Shown here: positions 48,360 to 57,772 of the stretch, in pieces
Layout: the number at the start of each line of letters is the position of its first letter
Position numbering within the stretch: the first letter of the stretch is position 1
NCBI GenBank assembly: GCA_040752415.1
Contig: JBFMGU010000022.1
Coordinates: 163 to 64,162, forward strand
Length of the DNA stretch: 64,000 nucleotides
Reading direction: 5' to 3'
Source: Myxococcota bacterium
GTDB lineage: Bacteria > Myxococcota > JACRCW01
Translations under genes and position numbers: made by a program
The notes under the pieces: generated by a model
Database searches by the model: none
Told to the model about the DNA's origin: nothing
What the model saw: only the letters and a program-made list of their open reading frames with translations

Positions 48360-51300
48360 GCCTGGATCCCCGCCGTCACCGTCGCAGGACGCGCGGCCTC
48401 GCCTGGACGCAAGATGGTCTCGACGCCACGCAGCGCCGCAACCAGGCGTCCCGTCTCGTCCTCCAGCACGACGTCGCAGACCGCACGCGCGGCATGCACC
48501 TCCTTCCGGCCCACCACGCAGCGCAGCGTGCCCGTCGGAAGACCGTCGACGTAGCTCTCGAAAGCGGCCACCGCCATCGGGAGCGCCGCGCCCCCGAGCA
48601 GGTCACGCGCCCACAACACCGCGAGCTGGAGCGCACCATCGAGGGCCGCGGGGTCCACGTGCCAGGGCTCGGAGGTCCATCCCGAATCCCGCGTGCCGTG
48701 GAGCTTCCCGGCAATGCCCTCGGCGGAGATTCCGTCGATGGAGCGAATCACCTGGAAACGCGGTCCGTGGAAGAGGACGTGACCGTCGTAGACCGCATCT
48801 CCCGTCCACGCACCGAGCGCGGGGTCGGGCGTCTTCGTGGGCTCGCCCTGCTTCGAGATCTCTTCAGCGGTGGCGCTGTAGTGCAGTGCGCCGTCCCGCC
48901 CACGCAGCTCGAGGGCCAGGCCATTGCCGTTGCCGAGCGGCTTGCACTGTACGGCGAAGCGATCGCCACCGTTGGCGAAGTGCTCCAGCTTGATGCCACG
49001 CAGCACCTTCACGTCGCGGAGCCGCAGCGCACCGGCCGGGCACCACTCGCGCGCCGCACGCGCGAACCACTCCATGGCCAGGGCCACGGGCACCACCGGC
49101 TTGCCGCCCACGCGGTGATCGGCGAGGTACGGGTGAGACTGGCTGTCGACGGAAACCTCGGCGGAGACGGCGGACTGGGCCACCGCGCCCAGCGGACCCT
49201 CGCCCACGCCACCGGCAATCACCGTCTCGATCTCCTGCGGTGCCGCTTCGATCTCCTGCACGAAGCGCTGGGCGCCGTCGTCGAGCGGAATGAGCGCCAC
49301 GCCCATCTGCTTGAAGTGCGCGCGCAGGGCCGGTGTCACCATGCCGCCCTCCCACGGACCCCAGCCGATGGACTTCACCACGCAGCGCTCGCCGCGGGCC
49401 CGCCGGGTGGCGGCGGCAACCTTGTTGAGCACCTCGTTCGCCATCGCATAGTCGCACTGGCCGGAGTTGCCGGTGCGCGCCGCAATCGACGAGAAGAGCA
49501 CCACCCACCGCAGCGGATCATCCGCGGTGGCGTCGAGGAGCGCCCGCAACCCGAGCACCTTGGTGTCAAACACGCGGTCAAACTGTTCCGGCGTCTTCTC
49601 GGCAATCAGCTTGTCCGCGAGCACACCGGCACCGTGCACCACCGTGGTCACAGGCCCCCACTCCCGACGAACCGCGTCCAGCCCCGTCCGCAGCAGGGTG
49701 GCGTCCTGCACATCCACGGGCAGATAGCGGACCTTGGAGCCCGCCGACTCGATCGCGGCCAGCGTGGCGCGGATCTCGCGGTTGGCGAGCACGCGCGCAA
49801 CCTGGGCGCCGATCTCCGCGGGCGAAACAACCCGACCCTTGGCCTTGGCGTCCTCGAGAAGCGCGCGCTTGAGGCCCGCGTCGTCGGTGATGCCGCGGCA
49901 CACCACGGGCTCCTCCTCCAGCGCGGAGCGTCCCAGGATGACAATTCGCGGGTGCGCCTTGCGTGCCAGCGCAATCAGCGAAGCCGCCGTCACGCCACGT
50001 CCGCCACCCGACGCCACCACCACGTCGTCACCGCTCACCACCACGCCAGCATGCGCGGCCTCGGCCACGACGCTGCGCAGGGTCCAGCGTGACCCATCCG
50101 CGGCCAGGCCCACTTCCCGCGTGGTGCCGCCGGTGAAGAGCTCGCGACAAATCTCGCCCGCGAGGACATCGGCGCTGCGGGTACCGCGTTCCACGTCGAT
50201 CGCCTTCACGGCGGCGGTGGGCCACTCGATGGCCGCGGTGCGTGCGAGCGCGGAGACACCGGCGAGCCAGGCGCGCGAGCGATGCCGTCCCGAGAGACCA
50301 AAGTCGCCACCCGTGTCCTGCACCGTGACGAACACGCCGCCCTGCTTGGCGAAGCGCGACGCGATCGCCCGTGCCACGCGGAAGGCTTCGCGGTTCACCG
50401 GGATGGCCTCGTCGGTGGTGCGCACGGCACGCAGGCCACCGAGGAAGATCACCGCCTCCGCATCCTCCGGAACGGCTTCGACCACGTGAGCCGCGAGCCC
50501 CCGGCGACTCAACTCCCGCACCAGCGCCGCAGACACCCCCGTGCCATCCTCGGTCACGACGATTTTGCGTGCGCCGAGAAGCCCCGCCATGGCGAGCCCG
50601 CACGCCGGCGCAGGCTCCGTCACAAGCTTGAAGCGCTGCAGCGGCGTGTTGACCTTGGCGGGTTGCGCGGTGGGAGCAGGCGTTGGGGCCGCGGTCTTCC
50701 CACCCATCCGCTCACGCATGTACTGCACGATCTGGCCAAGCGTGCGCAGCTGCGCCATCTCGGCGGGATTGACCTCGGGCAGCCCGGGCGCGCGCTCTCG
50801 CATCGCCGAGAGGATCTCCACGCGCTTGATGGAATCAATGCCCAGGTCTGACTCCAGCTCCATCTGCAGACCGAGCATGTCCGCGGGATATCCCGTCTTC
50901 TCCGCCACGACGGTGAGCATCAGCTTCTCGAGGTCCGCCGACGGTGCGGCAGCCGCGGTCGCCCGTGCAGGAGCCGCGGGAGCGGCAGGGGCGCCGGGAG
51001 CAGCGGGAGCCGCAGCCGGGGTCGAGCCCGCGCCGCGGGAGCGCATGTACTCGACGATCTGACCGAGTGTACGCAGCGAGGCCATCTCGGCGGGATTCAC
51101 CTCCGGCAACCCCGGCGCGCGTTCCCGCATGGTCGAGAGAATCTCCACGCGCTTGATCGAGTCGATGCCCAGGTCCGACTCGAGCTCCATCTGCAACCCG
51201 AGCATGTCCGCCGGGTATCCCGTCTTCTCCGCGACGACGGCGAGCATCAGCTTCTCGAGGTCCGCGGACGGGGCAGGGGGAGTGGTCGCTGCGGCGGGCG

Positions 51301-54300
51301 CCGACGTCGTCGCGGCGGGAGCAGGCGTCGCGGCGGGAGCGGACACCACCCCTCGAGACTGCATGTACTCGACGATCTGACCGAGCGTGCGCAGCGCGGC
51401 CATCTCGGCGGGATTGACCTCGGGCAGACCGGGCGCGCGCTCGCGCATCGTCGACAGGATCTCCACGCGCTTGATGGAATCAATGCCGAGGTCGGCTTCG
51501 AGCTCCATCTGCAGGCCGAGCATCTCCGGGGGATAACCCGTCTTCTCCGCGACGACGGCCAACATCAGTGCCTGGAGGTCCACGCCGGCAGCCGCGGGCC
51601 GCGGTGCGGGTGCAGGCTCGGGAGCCGGCGACGCTGCAACGACAGCAACTGGCGCAACGGGCGCAACCGTGGGGAGCGCAGGAGCCGCCTGGACCGGAGC
51701 GGACTGGGCCACTTCCGGGAGCGTCAACGTCGGCAAGCTCGTCGTCACGGTGAGCACGGGCTGACCGGTGAGCATGGCGCCGAGGCCGTTGAAGGACGCT
51801 TCCGCGGTCTTGAGGAAGTTTGCGTGCGCGTCGGCCATGGTGCGCAGGTAGGCTGCGTGCGCATCCGCGGTCTGGCGCTGGGATTCCTGGTACGCCCTCA
51901 CCCACGCAAGGTGCGCGTCGCTGGAAGGCGCTGCCTCGAATGGCGACGGACGCGTGGGCGCGGCAGCAACCGGGGCTGGCACGTCCGTGACGGCGTGGGC
52001 GGGAACATCCTTGGCGCGCGGAGGATTCGGTGGCGGGAGCGCAGTCGCACCGGCCGGCGGCGGATACGGCTTGCCGTGGTTGGCGCCGTTGATGGGAATC
52101 GTCATGGCGGGCTTCCGCTTCGGTGGGGTTTCAGTCTTGGGATACGCCGCCCACAGCGGGGCGAAGTCGACGACCACGCCGGCCACCGCGAGCCGGCCCA
52201 GACCTTCCTGCAGGCTGGTCACGCCGTGACGTCCCTTGCGGTCCAGCGAGATCGCCACGTGCGGACGATCTCCGAGGATGCGGTCGACGAGGTCGGTGAG
52301 CACCGCGCCCGGTCCCACCTCGACGAAGGTCCGCGCTCCGCGCGTCCACATCGCTTCGATCTCCTCGACAAAACGCACCGGCTTCGCAATCTGCTCCGCC
52401 AGGCGCGCACGGATTCCCTCGCCATCCTTGGGGTAGGGCGCCGCCTCCGCGTTGGAGAACGTCTCGACGGCAGGCGTGCCAAGCGGGATTCCCGCCAGGA
52501 CCGCGGAGAAGCGCGCACTTGCCGGTGCCACCAGCGGCGAATGGAAGGCCGTGGCCACCGTGAGCCGCTTGGCCGGGATGCCCTTGGCGCCAAGCTCCGC
52601 TTCCACCTGCGTGATGTCGTCGGTGGGACCGGACAGCACCACCTGCGTGGGATGGTTGTGGTTGGCCACCACCACCCGGCCCGCCCACGGCGCGAGCAGC
52701 GCACGCACCTCCTCGATGGGGCGCGCCACCGCCGTCATCGCGCCCGGCGTCGAGGCGGCATCACGCATGGCCTCACCACGCGCGCGGGCCACCGTCACGA
52801 GGTCGCGCGGGTCCAACGCGCCGGCCGCACACAGCGCGGTGACCTCTCCAAAGCTGTGCCCACCGAGGTAACGCGGCTGGACACCGACGGAGCGCAGCAC
52901 GTTGTAGAGCGCCAGGCTGGCCACCCCGAGGGCCGGTTGGGCCCATTCCGTCGACGTCAAACGGCGGCCCTGCGCCTCGCGCTCCTCGAGGCCGAACACG
53001 GGACGGGGGAAGACCACCTCGTGCAGTGCCAGCCCACCAAAGCGCAGCGAGGCCGCCGCATCCCACGCGCCCCGCGCCGCATCCAGCTCCATGGCGACGT
53101 CAGCGCCCATCCCCAGGTACTGGCTGCCCTGCCCGGGGAACACGAACGCCACGTCACCCTGCAACGCACCAAACCCGACGTGGACGCCCGTGGGACTCGC
53201 GAGCGCGGATTCGGGCTTGGCGGCAAGATGCGACTTCACCTGCTCGAGCTTGGCGCCCAGCTCCGTCACATCCTTGGCCACCACCGCCGCGCGCGCGTGG
53301 TGTGCGGCGTTGAACGTATCCTGGGACTCTCGCGCCGCCGCGGTGAGCCCGACCTCCTTGGCCCGAAGCGCTATCGCCTCGCAGCGTGCGGACAGCTCCC
53401 TGGACGTCGCCGCGGAGAGGACCACAAGCTCCGTGGGACAGGTGCGCAGGCGCGTCGCACGGGTGCCGGAGCCGGTGTACTCCTCCAACGCCACGTGGAA
53501 GTTGCTCCCGCCGAACCCGAAGCTCGACACCGACGCACGACGTGGATGGGACGCCTCGCGGATCCACGGGCGCGTCTCGGTGTTGAGATAGAACGGGCTC
53601 TTGTCGACTTCGAGCGCGGGGTTGGGACGCTCGACCTTGATGGTGGGCGGCAGCACCTTGTGGTGCAGGGCCATGATCGCCTTGAACAGGCCGGCCGCAC
53701 CTGCCGCCGACTTGGCATGGCCAATCTGCGACTTCACCGACCCCAACGCGCACCACTGCTTGTCCGCGCGGCCGGATCCACCGAACGCGAGCTTGAGTCC
53801 TTCGAACTCCGCCACGTCGCCAGCCTTGGTGGCCGTGCCGTGCGCTTCCACCATCTCCACGGTTTCCGGTCCATATCCCGCGGACGTGTAGGCGCGACGC
53901 AGCGCCCGCGCCTGCCCCTCGGAGACCGGCGCATACACGCTCTTGCTTCGTCCGTCGGAAGCGGAGCCCACGCCACGCACCACGGCGTAGATGCGGTCGC
54001 CGTCGCGCTCGGCGTCGCTGAGGCGCTTGAGCGCAAACATCGCCAGGCCCTCGCCCAGCAGCGTGCCGTCCGCGGCGTCGGAGAACGGGCGGCAGTCACC
54101 GGTTTTGGACAGCGCCGGCGTCTTGCTGAAGCACATGTACATGAAGATGTCGTTCATCGTGTCCACGCCCCCGGTGATCACGAGATCCGACTGCCCCACC
54201 ACGAGCTCGTTGATGCCCATGGACAGCGCCGAGAGCGTGCTGGCGCAGGCCGCGTCGGTGACGCAGTTGGTGCCGCGCAGGTCGAAGCGGTTGGCAATCC

Positions 54301-54898
54301 GCCCCGCGACGACGTTGCCGAGCAACCCCGGGAAGGTGGACTCCTGCCACGCGGGGTATTCCTTGGACATGCGGTCGCAGATGGCCTGCGCTTCATCCTC
54401 GGGGATGCCGGACTCGCGCAGCGCCTTGATCCACACCGGACGCTGCAGGCGGCTCACCATGGAGCCCAGCAGCTCCTGGCCCGACGTCACACCGAGGATG
54501 ACGCTGGCGCGCTCGCGGTCGATCCTCGCGAACTGTCCCTGGCACGCATCCTCCAGCACCTTCTGCGCCACCACGAGCGCCAGGAGCTGCGAGGTGTCCG
54601 TGGCCGGCACGATGCTGGGCGGAACACCGAACTCCATCGGGTCGAACGCGACGTCGGGGAGGAACGCGCCGCGCTTGGAGTAGGTCTTGTCGGGGGCGCT
54701 GGGGTCCGGGTCGTAGTAGTCTTGGATGAGCCAGTGCGAGGGCGGAACCTCGGTCACCAGGTCACGACCAGCGAGGATGTCGGTCCAGAAACCGTGGGAG
54801 TCGGTGGACCCAGGAAAGAGCGCGCTCACGCCCACAATGGCGACCGGTGTCTGCGACATCTGGAAACCTCGTTGCTGGATGGGGGTGGGCATGAGCAC
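48356..54898 (-). CDS. pfa2: PUFA-synthase subunit Pfa2/PfaA-type: KS, MAT, 3x ACP, KR, PS-DH
   Basis: KS DAACASTLSALS. MAT GHSFGEVTAL. Three LGIDSIKRVEILS ACP cores. KR VVASGGGRGVTAA. DH HPYLADHRVGGKPVVP...LFHGPRFQ. Start candidates: GTG 54898, ATG 54892, ATG 54859 (MSQTPVAIVG). Confidence 0.92.
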   Translation of the reverse strand: MLMPTPIQQRGFQMSQTPVAIVGVSALFPGSTDSHGFWTDILAGRDLVTEVPPSHWLIQDYYDPDPSAPDKTYSKRGAFLPDVAFDPMEFGVPPSIVPATDTSQLLALVVAQKVLEDACQGQFARIDRERASVILGVTSGQELLGSMVSRLQRPVWIKALRESGIPEDEAQAICDRMSKEYPAWQESTFPGLLGNVVAGRIANRFDLRGTNCVTDAACASTLSALSMGINELVVGQSDLVITGGVDTMNDIFMYMCFSKTPALSKTGDCRPFSDAADGTLLGEGLAMFALKRLSDAERDGDRIYAVVRGVGSASDGRSKSVYAPVSEGQARALRRAYTSAGYGPETVEMVEAHGTATKAGDVAEFEGLKLAFGGSGRADKQWCALGSVKSQIGHAKSAAGAAGLFKAIMALHHKVLPPTIKVERPNPALEVDKSPFYLNTETRPWIREASHPRRASVSSFGFGGSNFHVALEEYTGSGTRATRLRTCPTELVVLSAATSRELSARCEAIALRAKEVGLTAAARESQDTFNAAHHARAAVVAKDVTELGAKLEQVKSHLAAKPESALASPTGVHVGFGALQGDVAFVFPGQGSQYLGMGADVAMELDAARGAWDAAASLRFGGLALHEVVFPRPVFGLEEREAQGRRLTSTEWAQPALGVASLALYNVLRSVGVQPRYLGGHSFGEVTALCAAGALDPRDLVTVARARGEAMRDAASTPGAMTAVARPIEEVRALLAPWAGRVVVANHNHPTQVVLSGPTDDITQVEAELGAKGIPAKRLTVATAFHSPLVAPASARFSAVLAGIPLGTPAVETFSNAEAAPYPKDGEGIRARLAEQIAKPVRFVEEIEAMWTRGARTFVEVGPGAVLTDLVDRILGDRPHVAISLDRKGRHGVTSLQEGLGRLAVAGVVVDFAPLWAAYPKTETPPKRKPAMTIPINGANHGKPYPPPAGATALPPPNPPRAKDVPAHAVTDVPAPVAAAPTRPSPFEAAPSSDAHLAWVRAYQESQRQTADAHAAYLRTMADAHANFLKTAEASFNGLGAMLTGQPVLTVTTSLPTLTLPEVAQSAPVQAAPALPTVAPVAPVAVVAASPAPEPAPAPRPAAAGVDLQALMLAVVAEKTGYPPEMLGLQMELEADLGIDSIKRVEILSTMRERAPGLPEVNPAEMAALRTLGQIVEYMQSRGVVSAPAATPAPAATTSAPAAATTPPAPSADLEKLMLAVVAEKTGYPADMLGLQMELESDLGIDSIKRVEILSTMRERAPGLPEVNPAEMASLRTLGQIVEYMRSRGAGSTPAAAPAAPGAPAAPAAPARATAAAAPSADLEKLMLTVVAEKTGYPADMLGLQMELESDLGIDSIKRVEILSAMRERAPGLPEVNPAEMAQLRTLGQIVQYMRERMGGKTAAPTPAPTAQPAKVNTPLQRFKLVTEPAPACGLAMAGLLGARKIVVTEDGTGVSAALVRELSRRGLAAHVVEAVPEDAEAVIFLGGLRAVRTTDEAIPVNREAFRVARAIASRFAKQGGVFVTVQDTGGDFGLSGRHRSRAWLAGVSALARTAAIEWPTAAVKAIDVERGTRSADVLAGEICRELFTGGTTREVGLAADGSRWTLRSVVAEAAHAGVVVSGDDVVVASGGGRGVTAASLIALARKAHPRIVILGRSALEEEPVVCRGITDDAGLKRALLEDAKAKGRVVSPAEIGAQVARVLANREIRATLAAIESAGSKVRYLPVDVQDATLLRTGLDAVRREWGPVTTVVHGAGVLADKLIAEKTPEQFDRVFDTKVLGLRALLDATADDPLRWVVLFSSIAARTGNSGQCDYAMANEVLNKVAAATRRARGERCVVKSIGWGPWEGGMVTPALRAHFKQMGVALIPLDDGAQRFVQEIEAAPQEIETVIAGGVGEGPLGAVAQSAVSAEVSVDSQSHPYLADHRVGGKPVVPVALAMEWFARAAREWCPAGALRLRDVKVLRGIKLEHFANGGDRFAVQCKPLGNGNGLALELRGRDGALHYSATAEEISKQGEPTKTPDPALGAWTGDAVYDGHVLFHGPRFQVIRSIDGISAEGIAGKLHGTRDSGWTSEPWHVDPAALDGALQLAVLWARDLLGGAALPMAVAAFESYVDGLPTGTLRCVVGRKEVHAARAVCDVVLEDETGRLVAALRGVETILRPGEAARPATVTAGIQA
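50700..51590. repeat. Three tandem ACP-coding repeats (periods 327 and 318 bp)
   Basis: The landmark cgcgcttgat(gga/cga) recurs at 50821, 51148 and 51466. Each unit encodes ...KTGYP.(E/D)MLGLQMELE.DLGIDSIKRVEILS.MRERAPGLPEVNPAEM..LRTLGQIV.YM. Confidence 0.9.
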
Positions 54899-56530
54899 TC
54901 ACCCGAGTCGACGGGGACGGAAATCGAAAGCGCGCGCGGGGACGGGCACGCCGTAGCTGCGGAACTGCTGGGCGCGCGTGATCACCGCCGCGCCTTCAAG
55001 GAGGTTGAGCCCGATCTGCACGGTGGTGCGGTTCTCCGGTTCCGCGAGGAAGGAGCCGCGCGTCCACACGTTGAACGCGCCCATCGCCGGTCCGCACCAG
55101 ATCTGGTAGTCGGCGCGTCGGTTTGGCTCGCCGTCGATGGCCCACTTGCTCGCCTTGCCCAGGTACCATCGGAAGACCAGGGCCATCTGGCGGCGCGGGT
55201 CGCGCTCACACCGGGCAAGCTCCTCCGGGTCGCGCTTCTGCCAGAACTGCCGGGTGTCCGCCCAGATCTCATCCAGGGACGCGTGCAGCACGTCCTTCTC
55301 CAGCTTGGCGCGCACGTCGGCGGGAATTGCCGTTAGGGACGGATAGGATACATAGGCGTCATAGAGCCTCTGGGCCCTCGGGCCGAACATGGTGCCGCGC
55401 TTGAGCACCTGCACCTTTACGCCCAGCTCGAACATGTCGGCCGCCGGGGCCATCATCATGTCCGCCACTTCCGCCTGCGCCAGCATCCCCTTGGCATGGG
55501 TGGACAACCCCGCCTCGACGGCGGACTGGTTCACCGAGCCGGTCAACACGTACGCCGCGCCCAGCGAGAACGCCGCCGCCACCGCGCCCGGCGTGCCCAG
55601 GCCGCCCGCCGCGCCCACCCGAATGGGACGCACGAAGCCGTGCTTGGCCACCAGCTCGTCGCGCAGGGACAGGATGGTGGGGAAGAGTGCCGTGAGGGCC
55701 TGGTTGTCGGTGTGCCCGCCGGAGTCGGCTTCCACCGTGATGTCCTCGGCCACGGGCACGCGCGCGGCGAGCTGTGCCTCCGCGGCGGTGAGGAGGCCGC
55801 GCTCCACCAGGGGCCCCAGGATCTCTGACGGCGCGGGTGACATGAACCGCCGCGCGACCTCGGGGCGGGAGAGCTTGGCGAACACGTGGTGTCGTCGGAC
55901 CAGCCGTCCCGCCGCATCCACCGTGAGCCCACTGGCCGCGTAGCGGACCACCGCCGGCGTCAGCGCCATGAATGCCGAAGCGGACACGCGGGTCACGCCA
56001 CGTCGGATCAGCAGGTCGGCCACGCGCTCCTCGAGGGCGGGCTCGTTGGGAGAGTGGATGAGGTTCACGCCCCACGACGCGTTGTCGCCCAGGGCCGCGC
56101 GCAGCTCCTCCACCGCCTTCTCGACGCGCTCGAAGCCGAGCCCGGCGGCACCGAAGAATCCCAGCATCCCCGCGCTCGCCGCGGCGATCACCATCTGCGT
56201 CGTGGCGATGCCATTCGCCATCTCCCCGACGACATAGGGAAAGCGCACGTGGTGCGTCTCACAGAATGAACGGTCCCCGAGCCACTCCGGATACAGCGCG
56301 GGCAGCGTGGCAAGCAGCGCGTAGGTCCCGCGCTCACCGCCGGGCGCGGACAGAATCAGCTCACCGCCATGCGCAATGCCAATGGCACCCGCGGGCCCGT
56401 CGCGGACAATGTACGCGGGCTCGCGAATCCGGGCGATGGCGGCGAGGAGGACGTCTCCTCGGAAGGCGGGAGTGTCGCGGCCGGCGCGCCAGGCGCCGAT
56501 GACCGCCAGAGTCTGGGAATCGGTCTGCAT
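54899..56530 (-). CDS. pfa1: PfaD/Pfa1-type enoyl reductase (nitronate-monooxygenase-like TIM barrel)
   Basis: FPYVVGEMANGIATTQMVIAAASAGMLGFFGAAGL, WGVNLIHSPNEP and EADSGGHTDN are typical of PfaD-family ER. Start at M14 of the track ORF (ATG 56530). Confidence 0.88.
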   Translation of the reverse strand: MQTDSQTLAVIGAWRAGRDTPAFRGDVLLAAIARIREPAYIVRDGPAGAIGIAHGGELILSAPGGERGTYALLATLPALYPEWLGDRSFCETHHVRFPYVVGEMANGIATTQMVIAAASAGMLGFFGAAGLGFERVEKAVEELRAALGDNASWGVNLIHSPNEPALEERVADLLIRRGVTRVSASAFMALTPAVVRYAASGLTVDAAGRLVRRHHVFAKLSRPEVARRFMSPAPSEILGPLVERGLLTAAEAQLAARVPVAEDITVEADSGGHTDNQALTALFPTILSLRDELVAKHGFVRPIRVGAAGGLGTPGAVAAAFSLGAAYVLTGSVNQSAVEAGLSTHAKGMLAQAEVADMMMAPAADMFELGVKVQVLKRGTMFGPRAQRLYDAYVSYPSLTAIPADVRAKLEKDVLHASLDEIWADTRQFWQKRDPEELARCERDPRRQMALVFRWYLGKASKWAIDGEPNRRADYQIWCGPAMGAFNVWTRGSFLAEPENRTTVQIGLNLLEGAAVITRAQQFRSYGVPVPARAFDFRPRRLG

Positions 56531-57022
56531 GGTTGCGTGCGCACTACACAGCATCGCCGCACGCCACAACCGTTAGGCGCGTCATCTAATTTGCGCGCGC
56601 AAGCTTCGCGCGTTTTTCGGGAGGCCCGCGCTGCGCGCGACGACCCGTGGGACCTGGAGCGCGCAGAATTGTCGGCGGATGGGGGATCACTGTCCCTGGG
56701 CTTGGCCGCGGCATGGGCAGGAACGTGAAGAGACAAGCAGGCCAGGGGTCCGGCGGGAGGGCGGAACGCACGGCTCGGATCACGCTGTTGTTGCGAGACA
56801 GAGCGAGGGGTCTCTCGCCGCCGTGCTTTCACGCGGAGACCCGGTTTGGAACGGCGGCGTGCTTCCCCGACGGGGGTTCCACGTACGCTCAGCGTCCTCG
56901 AGCGCCGCAGGCGCCGTGGAATGAGGGCGGCAACTGCAACAACAGCTCCAGCGGCGGCAGCGCCGTGTGGCGCCGAAGGTGGTGGCCGCGCATTGAAGTT
57001 GAGTGCGGCTCTTCTGGCGCCA

Positions 57023-57250
57023 CGCTCTTGCCTCCCGCCAATGAGATTGGCAGGCAATGAAATGCGTACGTCCTGCTCACCGCTCGGCGGGCGCACGCCC
57101 CTCGCAGGACTGACTGTGGTCGGGCCCAGCCTCCCGCAGCCCCTTGTTGTTGTTCCTGGGTCAGTCCTGCGACCCGGCGACGCGGCCAGCGGTGAGCAGG
57201 ACGTGACCCCTCCTGTTGCCTGCCAATCTCATTGGCGGGAGCCAAGAGCG
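57023..57250. repeat. Long imperfect hairpin IR5a (arms ~92 bp with a 45-nt loop) carrying GCCAAT-N3-ATTGGC in each arm
   Basis: 57023..57114 pairs with 57160..57250. Matching blocks: cgctcttg.ctcccgccaatgagattggcaggcaa, acgtcctgctcaccgct, cgcaggactgac. They are separated by two non-matching patches. Confidence 0.85.
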
Positions 57251-57449
57251 TCTTTCCAATTCAAATGAGCCACACCCGTTGAAGTTCGCTTGAGGCGCAT
57301 TCGACGCGGACGGCGCGCGGTGACGTGGTGTTGCCCCATGGCGTCTCGTCGCCCACCGCAATGGTCAACCCCGGGCGGCGCCGTCATGACGACGGAAACC
57401 GGTCCACGCATGCCCCGTTCACGCTGTCGACGCGACGGGGAAGCGGCCA

Positions 57450-57772
57450 GCAATGTAGGGGCTGCCCGTTGCCGGCACTGCGTGAAAAAGGCCCAATGGC
57501 CGGCAATGGTCAGCCCCGGGCCGCGCGGCCATGACGACGGAAAACCGGTCCACAACGACCAAGCCGGCCCCCACGCGTCTTGAGCGTGCGGTTCACCCAG
57601 AACGCGCTCCGGCAGCCCGGACGATTCGGGCCAGTCCTCCGCTGGCCGGAGCCAACTGCTCCAGCACATCGCGTTCCGTTTCCGTCGTCATGAACCGCTG
57701 GGCCCGGGGCTGACCATTGCCGGCCACCTTCACCGTTCACGCGTTACCGGCAACGGGCAGCCCCTACATTGC
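57450..57772. repeat. Long spaced inverted repeat IR5b (arms ~95 bp) plus extra direct and inverted copies of its sub-units
   Basis: gcaatgtaggggctgcccgttgccgg...ggccggcaatggtcagccccgggcc (57450..57522) matches the reverse complement of 57701..57772. Pairing extends through catgacgacggaaa / tttccgtcgtcatg. Further unit copies lie at 57356..57414 (direct) and about 57848..57870 (inverted). Confidence 0.85.

Noticed and set aside
50700-51590. CRISPR-like regular repeats (also the 58.8-62.5 kb periodicity)
   Set aside because: The repeat units are 318-327 bp and 780 bp and lie in frame inside coding sequences (ACP domains and MopE modules). There is no short repeat/spacer architecture and no cas genes.
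48494-55336. Plus-strand ORFs 48494..50092 and 51824..55336 (1170 aa) inside pfa2/pfa1
   Set aside because: Antisense shadows with no recognisable domains. They overlap a minus-strand gene that has unambiguous KS/MAT/ACP/KR/DH motifs.
56647-57669. Several 60-146-aa ORFs on both strands in the 56.5-58.1 kb region
   Set aside because: They traverse inverted-repeat arms, mirror each other, are Arg/Pro/Gly-rich, and lack RBS or start context. I treat the region as non-coding.
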